From Bdellovibrionales bacterium (lineage in GTDB: Bacteria; Bdellovibrionota; Bdellovibrionia; Bdellovibrionales; UBA1609): a stretch of 64,000 nt of DNA. A model generated the notes under the pieces. It was given only the letters and a program-made list of their open reading frames with translations. It did no database searches and was not told where the DNA came from. Made by a program: the position numbers and the translations under genes. The DNA is taken from contig OZ241877.1 of NCBI GenBank assembly GCA_965203095.1, positions 1,664,001 to 1,728,000 of the forward strand, written 5' to 3'. Position 1 is the first letter of the stretch. Every line of letters starts with the position of its first letter. This document shows positions 61,054-64,000 of this stretch, in pieces.

Positions 61054-61127
61054 TATACTGATTACATTTGAGATTTCCGATCAAAACAGAGCAGAGAAAA
61101 CAGGAATTTTCAAACAAAATCAGTATA
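61054..61127. mobile_element. IS630-type MITE (74 bp)
   Basis: TIR TATACTGATT / AATCAGTATA; reverse complement of the right end (TATACTGATTTTGTTTGAA) resembles the IS630 end TATACTGGTCTTGTTTGAA. Confidence 0.8.
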
Positions 61128-61173
61128 AACTCTTGTAGGGTGGTATTCTGGATTTAGTAAGAGAGTAAAATGC

Positions 61174-63660
61174 TCAGTTTTTTATAAAAAAATGCAAAAT
61201 TTCCTCTTGCACTGTATCTCTTATATCTTTAATTTCCTTTGAGTGGTTATGATTTTCAACTCCCTTTTTCAATATAATCAGTAGTTCTTCCAAGTATTTT
61301 TTCCTTTTATCAGGATTTTTAATGCCTTGTTTTGCCCATTTTAAGCCCTGTGCACCTAAAATATGATAAGGATATGGATCTAATTTGCCTCTTTTTTCAA
61401 TTAGCTGAACAATATTCTCATAAGCCTCTTTTGTCAGCCTGGAAGATTTCTCCAGATTCGGGTTGGAAATAGCCTCTCTAAAATTCAAATGTTCCATAGA
61501 CAAAATCACTAAAGGGTCTTCACTATTCAGGCTTTGCGATTGGTTTAAATAATTCCTGGCTAAACTCAGTGAACCATTTTCCAGTTCAAAACATCCCCTT
61601 TGGAGCCAAAAATGATGATCGTTTGTTAAAAGGCCCTCTATTGATTCATACAGCCCCTGAACCACCATAGCCTCAGAGCTGATTTTGAATAAAAAATCAT
61701 GATTTATAAGGGTTTTTAAAAGCCTCTTCATCCGTTTTTGCTCTGAGGTTGGTTCTGTGGATTTAATCGCGGCGATATAGGCCAAACAAGTATAGTAATA
61801 CATAAGTTGATTTTGTTCAGCCAGCTTTTCAGAGATCTTTTCTGCAATAACCCTATGACGGACTTTTAATCTTTTAGGGACAGATTCCACAAGAAGGCCC
61901 CGCCGGACCATCTGCTCTATAATATTTAAAATATTGTTGCTTCTGTCTCCTCGCATTCCTAACAAAATATCCTCCCTTAAAAGATAATGATTTCTGGATG
62001 TGGCTACAGCTATTAGACAATACACTTGCTTTGAGACTCCTTCTAAATCCTCAAACTCCTCACATATCTTATCTGTAAAGTTTTTGCCTGATGTGACCTC
62101 TATCATAGCCACAATTAACTGCCTATCTAATTTGTTTTTAAAAACAGTAACTCGTTCCTCTCTGCTTTTCCCCTTCAGACTTCCTAAAAGGTTTTTGTTT
62201 TCAAGTAAATCAAGAATTTTACTTATTTCATCATCGGTCAGTCGGTATGTGGAAAACTCCTCAAATGGGATAGACTCATCAAACAAAGAGCTGTTGAAAA
62301 GGCGGTCGGCTTTGCCACTCCTCACAGCTAAAAAGATGGATTTTAAATTGCTTTTCAATGCCAGCTTTGAAATGGTTTGAGAAATTGAAGAACCGTATAT
62401 ATCTGGCGTGTCTATAAACAAATATTCCATGTCTTCCGAATTTTCCACAAGATTAAAAATTTTATGGGGAGCTATGTTTGAGTCTCTGTCAATCCACCCG
62501 ACAGTTTTGCCTTTATTTGTTATTTGAACAGCCATTCTCATAGCAACAGAGGTTTTCCCGTCTCCGGCTGTTCCTGTGAAGGCAAAAACAGGAGCAGGTT
62601 TTTGGCTACTTCTGTTTTTTATTTTATTGGTTATTTTATTCATCCATTCACTTTCTTTGTCTCTTTCAACTGAATGAGAATGTATGTCTTTCCAGGAAGG
62701 CTCAGAACCCAGAAGATAGTTTTTAGATGGTCGGCCTTTTTCCATGTTCATTAAATGCGAAACAGTGGGGATAGAGTTTGGATCGGATTCTTTTGAAAAC
62801 TGTTTTATCTTTATAAGTCCTTTTTGAGATTCTGCCTTAAGAGGATTGAGAAAGTGTGTGCAAAATTCTTTTCGGGTTTGAGGAATCCATGTGATGTTAT
62901 ACCCTCTCAGTAGCTCTTGGCGGACAGATGAAAGCTCAGGAATCACAAGAAGAGAGTTGGGACGCAACTCCCCAAAGTCCCTTATAGATCCTTTTAATTT
63001 TCTCAAGTGGATATAGTGCCAAAACAGCTCTTCGTCTAATTGACTTCCAAGAAACAAAAAAGGATACTGAAGAATTTCCGAAGACAAAATATTATAACAG
63101 GAATCTGAAAAGCTTTTTTCAAAATACTGTTCATGGGAAAAAGTCACATGATCAGGAATATCCTCCAGCATTCCATGAAGGTGAATGACTATAAGGTCTT
63201 TAGGGGACTGGGCATGTAGAGGTTGACCCGCCATCTTGCCAGAATGGCAAACAATTCTTCGCTCAAAATTAAATTTTGCCTGAGCGACATCGTATAGGTT
63301 GTCGATATTGACTGTGTATGCTTTATGCCAAGGTTGACCGATGATTGTTTTATATTCACTGTCAAGAGAGCATGGGGTTGCTGTTAATCGCTCTTTTAAG
63401 TGTTTGATGACTTCTCTTTTGTTTTTTTGAATGGCTACTTGAAAAATATCTTTTAGAGACTCCTTAGGGGAGTATTTTAAATCTATCAGGTTGCACAGCT
63501 CTTTAGCCAGATCCTTGGACAGAGGCAAATTTTTGCCGTTTTTGTCTTTTGCATCTGATGAAAAACCAGCTCCTGTAAAAAGAATTATTCCTCCCTCTGA
63601 AAGCTTGTTTCCAAGGTATTCCTTGATTCTTTTTTCTTCTTTTGGTTGTATACTGGACAT
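61174..63660 (-). CDS. SIR2-like domain + STAND-type NTPase + helical repeats (Avs-like defence protein)
   Basis: LFTGAGFS, TVNID, HLHG, FLFLG; Walker A GTAGDGKT; RHRVIAE; TPR-like C-terminus. Confidence 0.85.
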   Translation of the reverse strand: MSSIQPKEEKRIKEYLGNKLSEGGIILFTGAGFSSDAKDKNGKNLPLSKDLAKELCNLIDLKYSPKESLKDIFQVAIQKNKREVIKHLKERLTATPCSLDSEYKTIIGQPWHKAYTVNIDNLYDVAQAKFNFERRIVCHSGKMAGQPLHAQSPKDLIVIHLHGMLEDIPDHVTFSHEQYFEKSFSDSCYNILSSEILQYPFLFLGSQLDEELFWHYIHLRKLKGSIRDFGELRPNSLLVIPELSSVRQELLRGYNITWIPQTRKEFCTHFLNPLKAESQKGLIKIKQFSKESDPNSIPTVSHLMNMEKGRPSKNYLLGSEPSWKDIHSHSVERDKESEWMNKITNKIKNRSSQKPAPVFAFTGTAGDGKTSVAMRMAVQITNKGKTVGWIDRDSNIAPHKIFNLVENSEDMEYLFIDTPDIYGSSISQTISKLALKSNLKSIFLAVRSGKADRLFNSSLFDESIPFEEFSTYRLTDDEISKILDLLENKNLLGSLKGKSREERVTVFKNKLDRQLIVAMIEVTSGKNFTDKICEEFEDLEGVSKQVYCLIAVATSRNHYLLREDILLGMRGDRSNNILNIIEQMVRRGLLVESVPKRLKVRHRVIAEKISEKLAEQNQLMYYYTCLAYIAAIKSTEPTSEQKRMKRLLKTLINHDFLFKISSEAMVVQGLYESIEGLLTNDHHFWLQRGCFELENGSLSLARNYLNQSQSLNSEDPLVILSMEHLNFREAISNPNLEKSSRLTKEAYENIVQLIEKRGKLDPYPYHILGAQGLKWAKQGIKNPDKRKKYLEELLIILKKGVENHNHSKEIKDIRDTVQEEILHFFIKN

Positions 63661-63834
63661 TTTAAGCTCCCTACCTATTATTTTTTGGTTCAGGCCCTTC
63701 TCAGCCTATGCCTCCATGTTTTGTTATATTATATCCTTTTGTCAAGTGTTTTTTTAGAGGTAGGTTTTGTTTACAGGATTTTGTGTCGGCTTTGGTTGGA
63801 GTTTAAAAAAATGATCAGGTCTTAAAGGATTTTT

Positions 63835-64000
63835 TTAGAGTTGAGGGAGTAGATCTTTCAGTTGGTTTTTGAGTGCTGACAGAGGGAGCTTTTTTTTGTC
63901 TCCGGTTTTTCGAATGCAAACTTCTATTTGTGAGTTTTTTAGATCTCTATCGCCTAAATTGATTCTTAAAGGTAAGCCTAAAAGGTCGGCATCTTTAAAT
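63835..64000 (-). CDS. proS: Prolyl-tRNA synthetase, C-terminal end (continues beyond the window)
   Basis: Reverse strand reads FKDADLLGLPLRINLGDRDLKNSQIEVCIRKTGDK..., the ProRS anticodon-binding domain; not in the ORF track. Confidence 0.8.
   Translation of the reverse strand, partial: FKDADLLGLPLRINLGDRDLKNSQIEVCIRKTGDKKKLPLSALKNQLKDLLPQL

Overview
AT-rich bacterial chromosome segment. Gene content and protein style suggest a Bdellovibrionota-like organism, but that is inference only. The first ~33 kb is mostly housekeeping: ankyrin-protein tail, tRNA-Gly, sufBCD, polA, Maf, a degenerate sigma54-type activator, clpB, bioD, a 2-oxoacid:ferredoxin oxidoreductase beta subunit, prpB, lgt, a double ABC ATPase, an O-methyltransferase, a putative outer-membrane protein plus a 1851-aa lipoprotein, and glyA. 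It is interspersed with pentapeptide-repeat cassettes, an Rpn nuclease and several small repeat families. Between glyA and the 3' end of proS (about 33.3-63.7 kb) lies a ~30 kb defence island. It holds a DUF262-Schlafen gene split by IS630, duplicated PD-(D/E)XK genes around a damaged CAT-anticodon tRNA, an orphan RpnS-like gene, a type IV pilin and a cluster of shuffled nuclease-free DNA-binding domains. It continues with a type III R-M system carrying an XRE/ImmA + PIN pair between mod and res, TcmP + DUF5131, CapH/CapP, and a CBASS (CapV, CD-NTase, E2/SEC-C) split by a second IS630 copy. It ends with AbiEi plus a truncated AbiEii, a TIR protein, a Schlafen-HATPase-HTH protein followed by a 23-bp array, and a SIR2-STAND NTPase. 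The most unusual signals are: (i) a dispersed element with a conserved 27-nt loop on changing stems, (ii) the domain-shuffling cluster at 40.2-42.2 kb, and (iii) the CapH/CapP-headed leftward gene run linking TcmP/DUF5131 and type III R-M to CBASS. All family calls come from motif recognition by eye; no searches were run.
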